Assembly: GCA_965203425.1 (NCBI GenBank)
Contig: OZ241891.1
Span: 172,247 to 236,246, forward strand
Source: Limisphaerales bacterium
GTDB lineage: Bacteria > Verrucomicrobiota > Verrucomicrobiia > Limisphaerales > AAA164-E04
Length of the DNA stretch: 64,000 bases
Direction: 5' to 3'
This document shows positions 45,125 to 55,216 of this stretch, one piece after another (the first letter of the stretch is position 1; every line of letters starts with the position of its first letter). The translations under genes and the position numbers were made by a program. The notes beneath the pieces are model-generated. The model ran no database searches, had not been told where the DNA came from, and saw nothing but the letters and a program-made list of their open reading frames with translations.

Positions 45125-47143
45125 ATGACACAAAAAGCACACTTCCAAACTTGTTTAGGTTGCGCTGTTTTCTTCGTCCTGCTCGCGACAACCGCCATAG
45201 CGCAAACTTCTGAGGCAAAAGTTCATCCGGCCGGCTTCAAAATAGAGAAAATTTACGACGTTCCCAAAGATGCCCAAGGCTCTTGGGTTTCCATGGCGGT
45301 GGACGACAAAGGCCGGCTCTACTGCGCCGATCAAGGAAAACAAGGCATCTACCGAATCGCTCTCAAAGACGGTCAACCAACAAAGGTGGAGCGAATCCCA
45401 GCCGCCATTTCTTCGGCTCACGGAATGCTTTGGGCATTGGACAGCCTGTATGTAGTCGTGAACGGCGGAGGCATCGGCGGCCACGATTCCGGCCTGTATC
45501 GAGTCACCGATTCCAACGGCGACGACCAACTTGACCGCGTCCAATTGCTCCGCAAACTCCAAGGCCGAGGCGAACACGGCCCCCACGCCGTTGTGCTTGC
45601 GCCAGACAGCGAATCGTTGTTTGTATTAGGAGGCAATCACACCCAAACTCCGAATCCCGAAACCTCCGCCGTAATCCTCAACTACGCCGAAGATCAACTT
45701 CTTCCCCGAATGACAGACGCCCGCGGCCACGCCCGCAACATCAAAGCCCCCGGCGGTTGGATTGCCCAAACCGACCTCGAAGGCAAATCCTGGCGACTCT
45801 ATTCCACCGGCTTTCGCAACCAATATGACATCGCCTTCAACGCCGATGGCGAAATGTTCACCTACGATTCCGACATGGAATGGGACAGCGGCACGCCTTG
45901 GTATCGACCCACCCGAATTTACCACTGCACCAGCGGAAGCGAATTCGGCTGGCGCACCGGAACCGGCAAATTCCCCGCTTGGTATCCCGACGTTTTACCG
46001 CCCGCTTTGGATGTCGGCCCCGGCTCTCCCACGGGAGTCGTCTCCGGCCTCGGCGCCGCCTTCCCCTCCAAATATCAACATGCCCTCTACGCATTCGATT
46101 GGACTTATGGAACAATTTACGCTGTTCACCTGAGGCCTGAAGGATCCACTTACCGCGCGGAAAAAGAAGAATTCGTCACCGGCATTCCCTTGCACGTCAC
46201 AGACGGAGTCATCGGCAAAGACGGCGCCTTTTACTTTGCCGTCGGCGGACGCAACACTCCGTCAGCCCTTTACCGAGTTCGCTATACCGGCTCGGAATCC
46301 ATTCAATTCGTCCCAAAAGAAAACGCCGAATCCGCAAGCCTGCGTCAACTGCGCCGCTCCATCGAACGCTTCCATAGCCCAAAAAACCCCGAAGCAGTGG
46401 ACGCCATCTGGCCTCACCTCGGACACAAAGACCGCTTCATTCGCTTCGCCGCCCGAGTCGCCCTAGAACATCAACCCGTCTACCAATGGCAAGAACGCGC
46501 CCTAGCCGAAACCGACCGCCAAACCGCTCTCTCCGCCCTGCTCGCCCTTGCCCGACAAGGCGACGACGCCCAACAAGAACCGCTCATCGAAGCCTTCGGC
46601 AAATTCCCCTTCGCAGAAATGAGCGAAACCGAAAAACTCTCCAGCCTTCGCATCCTGGCACTCAGCTTCATTCGCATGGGTAAACCCAATCCCGACCTGT
46701 CGGCCGAAATCGCCGAAGCCCTCTCCCCGCACTACCCAGCGCCCACAGACGCCCTAAACCGCGAACTTGTCTCCCTCCTCGTCTATCTAAACGCGCCCGA
46801 CGTCGTCGCCAAAACCGTTCCCTTGATGAGTCAAGACGCCGTCAGCCCCGAAGAAATCGAATGGGACGACCGCCTGCTCAACCGATCCAAAAACTACGGC
46901 GACTCTTTCCTCAACCAAAAAGCCAACAACCCCCAACGCCAGCAAATCCATTACGCCTACGCCCTCAAAAACGTCGAACACGGCTGGACAACCGCCCTGC
47001 GCAAAGACTTCTTCACCTGGTTCGCCAAAGCCCAAAACTTCAAAGGCGGCAACAGCTTCGGCGGCTTCCTCGAAAACTTCCGCAAACAAGCCCTCCTCAC
47101 AATCCCCGACCACGAAGAACAAAAAGCCATGAACAACCTCTAG
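45125..47143 (+). CDS. Beta-propeller 'putative membrane-bound dehydrogenase domain' (TIGR02604-like) protein with HEAT-like C-terminal repeats
   Basis: Signal peptide, then GFRNQYDIAFNADGEMFTYDSDMEWDSGTPWYRPTRIYHCTSGSEFGWRTGTGKFPAWYPD, which is characteristic of this PVC family. No CxxCH motif is present. Confidence 0.65.
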   Translation: MTQKAHFQTCLGCAVFFVLLATTAIAQTSEAKVHPAGFKIEKIYDVPKDAQGSWVSMAVDDKGRLYCADQGKQGIYRIALKDGQPTKVERIPAAISSAHGMLWALDSLYVVVNGGGIGGHDSGLYRVTDSNGDDQLDRVQLLRKLQGRGEHGPHAVVLAPDSESLFVLGGNHTQTPNPETSAVILNYAEDQLLPRMTDARGHARNIKAPGGWIAQTDLEGKSWRLYSTGFRNQYDIAFNADGEMFTYDSDMEWDSGTPWYRPTRIYHCTSGSEFGWRTGTGKFPAWYPDVLPPALDVGPGSPTGVVSGLGAAFPSKYQHALYAFDWTYGTIYAVHLRPEGSTYRAEKEEFVTGIPLHVTDGVIGKDGAFYFAVGGRNTPSALYRVRYTGSESIQFVPKENAESASLRQLRRSIERFHSPKNPEAVDAIWPHLGHKDRFIRFAARVALEHQPVYQWQERALAETDRQTALSALLALARQGDDAQQEPLIEAFGKFPFAEMSETEKLSSLRILALSFIRMGKPNPDLSAEIAEALSPHYPAPTDALNRELVSLLVYLNAPDVVAKTVPLMSQDAVSPEEIEWDDRLLNRSKNYGDSFLNQKANNPQRQQIHYAYALKNVEHGWTTALRKDFFTWFAKAQNFKGGNSFGGFLENFRKQALLTIPDHEEQKAMNNL

Positions 47144-47236
47144 GCAGGGTTGGCGGTGGATGGGTTGTTTATGCGGTGGGCGCGCATTTTCTGTGTCTGG
47201 CGTCAAAAAGTTCGGTTTGCTTGCGTCAATCGTTTT

Positions 47237-48379
47237 TTAGAGGGGAAGGCGACTTTTTTGAGGACGGGAGGGCATGAGTATCCACTGGACGGATATTGAG
47301 TTTGGGTTGCTGACGCCGAGTTGCAGGAGGGCGGCGTTTTCGTAAAGGGCGGGGTTTTGGCGGGGCGGGGAGATTGCTTTTTGGGCGCGTTGTTTTTCCA
47401 ATTCGTCGATGGAAAGCACGTCGAGAGCGACGGGATCGGCGCTAAAACGAAGTTCGTTCAAGACGGCGGAGTCTTGAAGCCTTGCTTGGGTTTCGCCTTG
47501 GTATTGGGCAATTAAGGCGTCCACTACGTTAAGGACGATGCGGTCGCCCATTTCTGGGAGGGCGATGATTTCGGGAATGGCGATGGCCAATCGTCCGGGA
47601 TCAGATTGAAAGCGGAGTGTGTTGTCCACGCCGGCGAGAGCCAGGCCGACGAGGTTGCCGCAGACGCCGGCTTGATTGTGATTCAGGAGCGGGGCGAGGT
47701 TGATGATTTTGGTGATTTTTTGGGTGAGCAGTTTTGTTACAAAGGATCGCCGGCCGATACCTTCGCCTGTTTTTCCAAATTCGTGGTCGCCCCAAACCAA
47801 AGCGCCGATTAGGGAAGATTCGTAGAAAGCATTCTGGTCATAGCCCGCTTGGCGGGCGCCTTCCACTTGGATGCCGAATTCGTCTTGGAAGGAAAGGTAG
47901 CCGGCCGCCCGGAGGGATGAGAGTTGATAATCCCAGAGGATGATTCGGCTGGCTTCATGCCCGCTGTCAAGCAGGCTTTGCAGCAAGGCGGCCGCCACGG
48001 CCGGGCGCGAGCCGCCGGTTTTGCCGGGCGCTGAGTGGACGCGGATGCCGACGACGTCGTCCGGCAAGATGCAGGAGCGCCAAGCTTCGGTGGCGTTCGG
48101 TGTTTTCCATAATGCGGACAGTCCGCGCTCTACCATGCTGCGAATTTTGTCGCGTTGAGGGGTAAAGGTTATCGTCGCCTTGGGGTGGCGCACGATGACG
48201 ACGCGGGCGTTGTCGCGAATTTCGGCGGGCGTTGAGGCAAGGGGAAGAGGCGATTTTATGGCGCTACCGAGGCAAAGAACGATGACGAACAGCCGGAGAA
48301 GTTGTCGACGGCAGCCGACGGACGACGAACGGGAGATTGTGTTTTGCCTTTGATGCATGCGATCCACTCTCTTGGGCAA
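47237..48379 (-). CDS. DUF362-like protein
   Basis: The VVGIRVHS...GGSRPAVAAALLQSLLDSG...INLAPLLNHNQAGVCGNLVG...LNVVDALIAQYQG pattern resembles DUF362. The true start may be the internal Met at 48358. Confidence 0.45.
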   Translation of the reverse strand: MPKRVDRMHQRQNTISRSSSVGCRRQLLRLFVIVLCLGSAIKSPLPLASTPAEIRDNARVVIVRHPKATITFTPQRDKIRSMVERGLSALWKTPNATEAWRSCILPDDVVGIRVHSAPGKTGGSRPAVAAALLQSLLDSGHEASRIILWDYQLSSLRAAGYLSFQDEFGIQVEGARQAGYDQNAFYESSLIGALVWGDHEFGKTGEGIGRRSFVTKLLTQKITKIINLAPLLNHNQAGVCGNLVGLALAGVDNTLRFQSDPGRLAIAIPEIIALPEMGDRIVLNVVDALIAQYQGETQARLQDSAVLNELRFSADPVALDVLSIDELEKQRAQKAISPPRQNPALYENAALLQLGVSNPNSISVQWILMPSRPQKSRLPL

Positions 48380-48409
48380 CTTGACTCGTAAGAGCCGGAA
48401 TGCTACATA

Positions 48410-50431
48410 ATGCAGGCCATGAAAGCCATGAAAATTGCGGGGGCGTATCTGCTCTTATTCGTTGGGGCATTGTGTTTTCTTACGGGATGCACGCCTCCGG
48501 GGCCGGCGGCTTTGCTGAAGGGAGAATTTCTTTTGAATCGGGGAGAATTTCCCGCCGCAATCCGAAAACTCCGCCAAGCGACGGAATTGTTGGCAGAAGA
48601 CCCCCGCTCTTGGAATCTGCTGGCCTTGGCCTACCATCGCTCTGGGAAAGCGAAAGAGGCCGAGCAAGCTTACCGCAAGTCTCTGACTCTGGATTCGGAC
48701 TTTGCCGCCGCGCGTTACAATTTGGGTTGTTTGCTTTTGGAGAACGGAAAGTTTGCGGAAGCGGAAGAACATTTCAAACGCAGCGAGAATTGGGCGAACG
48801 AGAATCCGATGATTTGGGTAAAACGAGGAACTGCCCAATTAGGCAATGAAAAATTGGAGGAAGCAGAAGAATTCTACAAGACGGCTTTGGATCAAAATCC
48901 CGCCTTGCCGGAAGCCTGGAACGGACTGGGCTTGATTCATGCAAAGAGAAACCAGCCGCAAAAAGCGTGGAACTCTTTCAGCAACGCCATCATGCGAGAT
49001 GAAAAATACGCTCTGGCCTTTCTCAATCAGGCGGTGATTTCCCAACGTCAGGCAATGCAGAGCCAAGTCTCAGATAAGCAACGGCGCCAGAATCTCTTGC
49101 TGGCGCAGTCCAAGTACCGCCGATTCTTGCATTGGGCGCCCCCCTCCACACTCTACGATTCTGTTGAGGAATTGACAAACGGCATAGAAAAAACACTGCG
49201 GTCGCCGAAACCAGCCGCTCCCGCCATTGCGGCGGAGACAACCAAGCCGCCGCGCGAAGAAGTCCATGTCTCCTCCCCTCGGCCTGTTGCCGAATCAGAG
49301 AACGTTGCCAGCGCGAAAACAGCGGAATCTTCTGCGGAGACAAACCCGCCGCCAATCCAAGAAATCGCCCAAGTTGAAGAGATTGCAACGGCGGAAGAAA
49401 CAAGCCCGTCTGACGTCAATTTCCCGCCGCCTCAACCGCTCTCTGATTCCCAAGAAGCCGACAAAATTGCTTCGTTCGAAAAATCGACCGGCGAGAACTT
49501 GCGGCAACCGGAGAAACCAAACGGATTGGAAGCCGATTCAATAAAGAATGCAGAATCGGAAGGAGTCTTAGAAACAGTCGGCGATCCAGAAGAAGAACCG
49601 ACCGAGACGGCGGACATTGCCCCAAAAGTTGATCCCGCGCCGACTTCCGTCTTTTTCCAAGAAACGGAAACCAAATCCTCCCAGTCTGAACCGCCAACTG
49701 GATTGGAGGAAGAAAATCCGTTAGACGGTCAATGGAGAACGGTTTCCGTGCGTCGTTCTGGTTTTGGCATTCCCCTCGGACGCATTGGGCGACGTCTGTT
49801 CGGCTCTTCAGAAGCCTCCTCAAAAGCCGAAGATTCCTCACTCGCCGCGTTGCCTGAATCCGCTTCGGCGCCGACTCGGGAAACGCCTCCTCGGCAGGCG
49901 GAAGCGCGGCGAGTAGCTGGAACGCCTTACGCCTATCAATCGCCGGCCGTTCCCCAAGCGGGAGATCGACAAAAGGCGCTTCCCCACTACCAAAAAGGGA
50001 ACCGAGAATATCTGGCCGGGCGGATTTCAGAGGCGATTGTGGCCTATCGAGAAGCGGTCGCCACAGACCCTGCCTTCTTTGAAGCGTATTACAATTGGGG
50101 ATTGTCCGCGATCCGGGCAGAGTTCACCCAAGACGCGCTACAATCCTACGAATGGGCGCTGGCTATTCGGCCGTCGCACCGAAACGCCCGTTACAACTTT
50201 GCTCTCGCTCTCAAAAAAGGCCGACACTTCAACGAAGCCGCATCCAAACTGCAAACAATAATCGACGACCGTTCAGACGACGTTGACGCCCATTTTGAAC
50301 TGGCCAAACTGTATGCAAACCAACTGGGAAATGCCGAATCCGCCCGCAGACACTACAAGCGAGTATTAGAGCTAAACCCCAACCACCCCCAAGCCGTTTT
50401 GATCCGATACCGATTGAGCGCCGAGCGTTAA
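48410..50431 (+). CDS. TPR-repeat lipoprotein with long acidic disordered linker
   Basis: Lipobox LCFLTGC with TPR units at both ends. A Pro/Glu/Ser-rich middle region spans about residues 270-480. Confidence 0.75.
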   Translation: MQAMKAMKIAGAYLLLFVGALCFLTGCTPPGPAALLKGEFLLNRGEFPAAIRKLRQATELLAEDPRSWNLLALAYHRSGKAKEAEQAYRKSLTLDSDFAAARYNLGCLLLENGKFAEAEEHFKRSENWANENPMIWVKRGTAQLGNEKLEEAEEFYKTALDQNPALPEAWNGLGLIHAKRNQPQKAWNSFSNAIMRDEKYALAFLNQAVISQRQAMQSQVSDKQRRQNLLLAQSKYRRFLHWAPPSTLYDSVEELTNGIEKTLRSPKPAAPAIAAETTKPPREEVHVSSPRPVAESENVASAKTAESSAETNPPPIQEIAQVEEIATAEETSPSDVNFPPPQPLSDSQEADKIASFEKSTGENLRQPEKPNGLEADSIKNAESEGVLETVGDPEEEPTETADIAPKVDPAPTSVFFQETETKSSQSEPPTGLEEENPLDGQWRTVSVRRSGFGIPLGRIGRRLFGSSEASSKAEDSSLAALPESASAPTRETPPRQAEARRVAGTPYAYQSPAVPQAGDRQKALPHYQKGNREYLAGRISEAIVAYREAVATDPAFFEAYYNWGLSAIRAEFTQDALQSYEWALAIRPSHRNARYNFALALKKGRHFNEAASKLQTIIDDRSDDVDAHFELAKLYANQLGNAESARRHYKRVLELNPNHPQAVLIRYRLSAER

Positions 50432-50631
50432 CAGGCATTCCTGAAATTCCACGAAGAAACAAACATAGGAAAAACATAGGAAGCCAGAGAAAATGGAAAC
50501 AGAAACAATCTATTACGGAGACTGCCTCAAACCCATGAGAAAAATGAAACAAACAAAGAAAAGAATTTTTACAATATCGGACAAGTAGATTGGATCTACT
50601 TTCCTAAGGTTTCTATCTTTGTAAAGTTGTT

Positions 50632-52434
50632 ATGAGCGGAGAGGATTTGAAGGAGCGGATTCGGGAGGCGAGCGATATTGTCGAGGTCGTCAACGGATAC
50701 GTTCCACTTAAAAGGGCGGGGGCGAATTTTGTGGCGCTGTGTCCGTTTCATCAGGAAAAGACGCCGAGTTTTCACGTCAATCCGGCAAAGCAGATTTTTT
50801 ATTGTTTTGGATGTCACAAGGGGGGCGACGTATTCACTTTTGTGCGGGAATACGAAAAGCTTTCGTTTCCGGAGGCGCTTCGGCGTTTGGCAGAGCGGGC
50901 AAAGATTCCGATAAGCGAGGATTCTCGTTTTGGCAGTCGAGGGCAGGGTCGGGACAAAGAGACACTTTACAAGATTCACGAAGAGTTGACGGCCCGTTGG
51001 CATCGCTTATTGCGAAGCGACCAACGGGGACGCGAAGGCCGCCAATACATCAAAGACCGGGGCATCGGCGAGGCTGCGGCGATTGCCTTTCGTTTGGGCT
51101 TTGCGCCCGGCGAGTGGGATGACGTTCTCCGCTGGGGCGAGAGGCAGGGATACGGCGCCGATCTATTGGAAAAGGCGGGGCTGGTCTGCCGCAAGGAAGA
51201 CACCGAACGTCGCTATGATCGGTTTCGGCGGCGGTTGATGTTTCCTATAACGGATGTTCAAGGACGAGTCATTGGGTTCAGCGGACGGCTGGTTGACTCT
51301 GCAGATTCTGCCATCGCCAAGTATGTCAATTCGCCGGAAACGGAGATTTTCAAGAAAGGCAAAGTTTTGTACGGGTTGAACAAGGCGCGGGCGGCGGCTT
51401 TGGAAGCGAAGTCTATGATCCTTTGCGAAGGGCAGCTCGACGTGATTGCTTGCCACGCTAACGGGATACAAAACGTCGTGGCTCCCCAAGGAACCGCTTT
51501 GACAACGGATCACGCGCGCATTTTGAAGAGATACGTTTCCGAAGCCATTCTTTGCTTTGATTCGGACGACGCCGGGCAAAACGCTGTCCATCGTTCCGCC
51601 AACGATATTCTCCAATTCGGCTTGGCGGTTCGTGTGACTTCGTTGCCTGCGCCGCACGATCCCGATAGTTTTTTTGGAGAAAAAGGCGCAGCGGCGTTTC
51701 GCGAGATTGTCGAGCAATCGCCCGGTTACTTCGACTATTTGTTGGAAAGCCTTTGCCGAACGCACGACGCGCAAAGCGATCGGGGAAGAAACGCAATCCT
51801 CCGCGATATGGGATTGGCCGTGAACCAAACCGGCAACGCCGTGACGGTGGACGCTTACGCCCAAAAAACCAGCCTTCGTTTAGGCGTTTCGACGGATGCT
51901 GTGAGGAGCGAGTTTTCAAAAGCCGTTTCTCGGCCGGCTAGAGAAACAAAAGTCAAAGAGGAAGCGATTCCTCAAGTGGATCGCCCGGCAGATAATGAGT
52001 TTTGGCTTTTGGAGCGCATTCTAGGCGACATGGATCCAGCGCTGGCGGAATGGATTTTCCAACATCTGGATATGGAGTGGGTGCAACATCCCATCGTCAA
52101 ACAAGCGCTCCTTTTTCGATGGGATTGCTTGTTAGAGGATCGCCCGTTTGAAGTTGGCCGGTTGTTGGGCGCAATCAAAGACGCAGCGCCGGCCAGTTGG
52201 ATCACAGAAGCGGCGATGGCCGACGATCTGCGAAAAGTTTCTCATCCGCAGAGACTGCTAACGGATATTCTTTTGCGCTTGCGCAACAGGCCTATCCAAC
52301 AGCAGATGCAGCAAATTGACCGCGCTTTGAGCAATCCCCAACTCAAAGAGAAAGAACAAAACGACCTTTGCGTGGAACTTCAAGAACTGCAAAAAATGAA
52401 GCGTCAACCTCTCCAACCGCTGGCCGACGCTTAA
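50632..52434 (+). CDS. dnaG: DNA primase
   Basis: CHC2 zinc finger CPFHQEKTPSFHVNPAKQIFYCFGCHKGGDVFTFV and a TOPRIM region with LCEGQLDVI and CFDSDDAGQNA. Confidence 0.95.
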   Translation: MSGEDLKERIREASDIVEVVNGYVPLKRAGANFVALCPFHQEKTPSFHVNPAKQIFYCFGCHKGGDVFTFVREYEKLSFPEALRRLAERAKIPISEDSRFGSRGQGRDKETLYKIHEELTARWHRLLRSDQRGREGRQYIKDRGIGEAAAIAFRLGFAPGEWDDVLRWGERQGYGADLLEKAGLVCRKEDTERRYDRFRRRLMFPITDVQGRVIGFSGRLVDSADSAIAKYVNSPETEIFKKGKVLYGLNKARAAALEAKSMILCEGQLDVIACHANGIQNVVAPQGTALTTDHARILKRYVSEAILCFDSDDAGQNAVHRSANDILQFGLAVRVTSLPAPHDPDSFFGEKGAAAFREIVEQSPGYFDYLLESLCRTHDAQSDRGRNAILRDMGLAVNQTGNAVTVDAYAQKTSLRLGVSTDAVRSEFSKAVSRPARETKVKEEAIPQVDRPADNEFWLLERILGDMDPALAEWIFQHLDMEWVQHPIVKQALLFRWDCLLEDRPFEVGRLLGAIKDAAPASWITEAAMADDLRKVSHPQRLLTDILLRLRNRPIQQQMQQIDRALSNPQLKEKEQNDLCVELQELQKMKRQPLQPLADA

Positions 52435-52491
52435 ATCGCGGGAAGACAAGGTTGGAAAAGCGCTTGTCCGAATTCGCCAACCAAAGCGGAG

Positions 52492-52618
52492 GCATTCCCA
52501 TTAGAGCGGACTTCTCCAATCCGACGGCGTCTTTGGCAAGGGACGAAAAAACTCAATCGCCGTCCGCGCGCAACAGACGCCGGCCCATCACTAAACGCTA
52601 CTCCGCCCGCACGCGGAA
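52492..52618. repeat. Copy A of a ~130-bp dispersed direct repeat (copy B at 53167-53296)
   Basis: gcattcccattagagcgg..ttctccaatccgacggcgtctttggcaaggga... is shared by both copies at roughly 85-90% identity by eye. Confidence 0.8.
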
Positions 52619-52694
52619 AATTCGGCTTGGCAGTTCTCTTTGTTTTGAGGCTGGGTGTTGACAACGGGAGGCGTCGTTTTGTAGACTGGGAGGT

Positions 52695-53036
52695 ATGGAA
52701 GGGGAGAACATGAACGAGTGCCTAAACCGGATTGGTGGTTTGGAGAAGAGCGTCAGCTCGTTAAATGCCCGCGTTGGCAAGTTGGAGACGGTCATTGAAG
52801 AGCGGTTCCAGCATTTTGAAAAGCATTTGGAGAAAATGGAATCCAGCCTGACGGCCAAGCTCGACAAAATAGACGAAGACATTCGCGGCAACGGCAAAGA
52901 CGGCATCAACGTTCGCTTAGATCGCTTGGAAAATTCCCAGAAGTTAGCGAGCCTCTGGTTTTGGATCCTTGTCGGAGCGGCCGCTCCCGCTTTAGTGGGC
53001 ATTTATCTTTCATGGCTGGGCATCACGGTCCATTGA
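52695..53036 (+). CDS. Small tail-anchored coiled-coil protein, GNGK-motif family (XhlA-like architecture), paralog 1
   Basis: 113 aa: a coiled coil, then DEDIRGNGKDGINVRLDRLE, then the C-terminal TM LWFWILVGAAAPALVGIYLSWL. Confidence 0.55.
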   Translation: MEGENMNECLNRIGGLEKSVSSLNARVGKLETVIEERFQHFEKHLEKMESSLTAKLDKIDEDIRGNGKDGINVRLDRLENSQKLASLWFWILVGAAAPALVGIYLSWLGITVH

Positions 53037-53166
53037 AGAGAAACGCCGGTGTTGATGGCGGATCTTCAAAAGCAGACGTTGCCTTTGCCCGAGCTGGACA
53101 TTGTCGAGGAGATGCTGCGGCTTCTCGTCACCGCCAAAGAAACTCACGAGCGCGGGAACTGCTTCC

Positions 53167-53296
53167 GCATTCCCATTAGAGCGGGTTTCTCCAATCCGAC
53201 GGCGTCTTTGGCAAGGGAACGAAAAGACTCAATCGCCATCCGCGCGCAACAGATGCTAGCCCATCCGCTAAACGCTACTCCGCACGCACACGGAAG
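53167..53296. repeat. Copy B of the ~130-bp repeat; covers the last codons and 3' flank of the LRR gene
   Basis: On the minus strand both copies end an ORF with the same residues: FFRVRAE* in copy B (the LRR gene) and IFRVRAE* in copy A. About 105 nt of conserved downstream sequence follows. Confidence 0.8.
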
Positions 53297-54771
53297 AATT
53301 CTGCGGGAATCGAAGGGCTAACTTGCAACGGACTGGTTTCATCGATGTTTTGCCAAGGGCCTTCAATACCGGTAGACTTTTGCAAAACACCGCTCCAAGA
53401 GATTTCCAAACCGCCGTCTTTGCGAGTAATCGATAGCGAGACAGGCAGTTCATAAAACTCAAGGAAGAAAAGATTATCAGGGGACAACAAGCTATTAGCC
53501 GAACTTCCATTGAGGGCAATGCGTCCCACTCTATCGCGCATCCCAGAAGGCAATTGCAATCGTCGCAATGAAGGAGGCAGATGGATCACTCTCAAGCTCC
53601 TCAATCCACCGGGCAAGGTGACGCTAGTCAACGGATGATTCCGCAGATCGAGCCAGTACAAACGGAACAAGTCGTTGGGCAAAGTGACGCTGACCAACTG
53701 ATTACCCCGCAGATGGAGCGCACTCAATCTCCTCAAGCCATCGGGCAAAATGATGCTGAGCAACTGATTCCTCTCCAGATTGAGATATTCCAAACTAGGC
53801 AAGCCATCAGGCAAAGTAATGCTTCGCAACTGATTCTCCTGCAGATAAAGTCGTTCCAAACTGGGCAAGTCGTCGGGAAAAACAACATTGGTCAAGTTAT
53901 TCCCATTCAAATAGAGATATTCCAGACTGGGCAAATCATCAGGCAAAACAACATTAGTCAAGTTATTCCCGTCCAAATAGAGATATTCCAGACTGGGTAA
54001 GTCCTCAGGAAAAGTGATGCCGGCCAACGAATTCCCTCGTAGATCGAGAACTCTCAATCTCGCCAAGCCATCAGGCAAAACAAGGTTGGTCAATCCATTA
54101 GAGGATAGATCGAGATATTCCAATCTTGCCAAGCCATCAGGCAAAACAACGTTGGTCAGCCCACTAAATGATAGATGAAGAAATTTCAATCTCGCCAAGC
54201 CATCAGGCAAAGTGATGCTGCCCAGCCGATTTCCAGAGAGATTGAGAAATTCCAAACTGGACAAGTTGTAGGGAAAAACAATGCTGGTCAACTGATTCCC
54301 CTGCAAATAGAGCGTTTTCAAGCTCCCCAAGTCATCGGGCAAAACAACGTTGGTCAACCCATTAGAGGATAGCCAGAGCGTTTCCAAACTCACCAAACCA
54401 GCCGGCAAAGTAATGCTGGTCAACGTGCTGGTCCAAAAATAATTCCCAAAATGCCCACTTTGCTTTCGATTCGAAGAGAGATCAAGCGTTTCCAAACTCA
54501 CCAAACCACCGGGCAAAGTGAGGTTGGTCAACGAATTAAGCCTTAGATCGAGATATTTCAAGCTCCTCAAGCCATCGGGCAAGGTGATGCTGGTATAGCC
54601 CCTTTCGCGAAGCTCCAAAAAATCAACATCTCTATCCACCCGCAGAGGAGAACCGCTCGGTCCAGTGTAGTCAATTTCCAGAGTTTGCGCTCGTGCTTGG
54701 ATTGCGCCAAAGCAGGCGACGGCGGCCAATAACGACAAAGACTTTTTCCAGTTAGACATTTTCATGTTCAA
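53275..54771 (-). CDS. Secreted leucine-rich repeat (LRR) protein
   Basis: Signal peptide LLAAVACFGAIQARAQ and about 18-20 units of 22-23 aa (LPDGLxSLEYLxLxxNxLTNVV). The C-terminal domain ends FFRVRAE. Confidence 0.85.
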   Translation of the reverse strand: MNMKMSNWKKSLSLLAAVACFGAIQARAQTLEIDYTGPSGSPLRVDRDVDFLELRERGYTSITLPDGLRSLKYLDLRLNSLTNLTLPGGLVSLETLDLSSNRKQSGHFGNYFWTSTLTSITLPAGLVSLETLWLSSNGLTNVVLPDDLGSLKTLYLQGNQLTSIVFPYNLSSLEFLNLSGNRLGSITLPDGLARLKFLHLSFSGLTNVVLPDGLARLEYLDLSSNGLTNLVLPDGLARLRVLDLRGNSLAGITFPEDLPSLEYLYLDGNNLTNVVLPDDLPSLEYLYLNGNNLTNVVFPDDLPSLERLYLQENQLRSITLPDGLPSLEYLNLERNQLLSIILPDGLRRLSALHLRGNQLVSVTLPNDLFRLYWLDLRNHPLTSVTLPGGLRSLRVIHLPPSLRRLQLPSGMRDRVGRIALNGSSANSLLSPDNLFFLEFYELPVSLSITRKDGGLEISWSGVLQKSTGIEGPWQNIDETSPLQVSPSIPAEFFRVRAE

Positions 54772-55216
54772 TATTCTTCTTAAATGACGGTTTCAAACCG
54801 AAATCGCTTTGCTTTTTAGGCTCTTTGGCGGAAGGAGTCAATCTCTAAAAAAAGAATTGTTTGCGTCCATGGCGGCGTTGCGGCGGCGAGTGGGTTTGGC
54901 GGTTGGGGGTTTTTGTGAGGTGTTTTGGATGGCTCGGTAAGCGGTCTGAGACGGCTTAGTATCGGCTTAGTCTCGGTTTTGAAGGGGATTTTTTTGGATT
55001 TCTTGGGATGGGTTGGCTTGGTGTTTTCTGCGGGGCGCATGGGAAGGGCGGATTTTGCGGGAGAGGGAATTTTCGTTGGGATTGCTTGGGTTCGCTTTTC
55101 TCTTGGATGTCCGCCTCGCCGAAGCGGGAACGCGGCCTAGTCCGTTCGCCGAAGCACCGCATCGGGATCAATTCGCTTGCCTTCGGCCGCAGCGAGGCTA
55201 TGGTTTTTCCTTCCTT

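Noticed and set aside
53580-54600. Regular ~66-69-nt periodicity that could be mistaken for a repeat array
   Set aside because: The periodicity lies entirely within one long ORF and translates to canonical leucine-rich repeats. It has no spacer/repeat structure of a CRISPR type.
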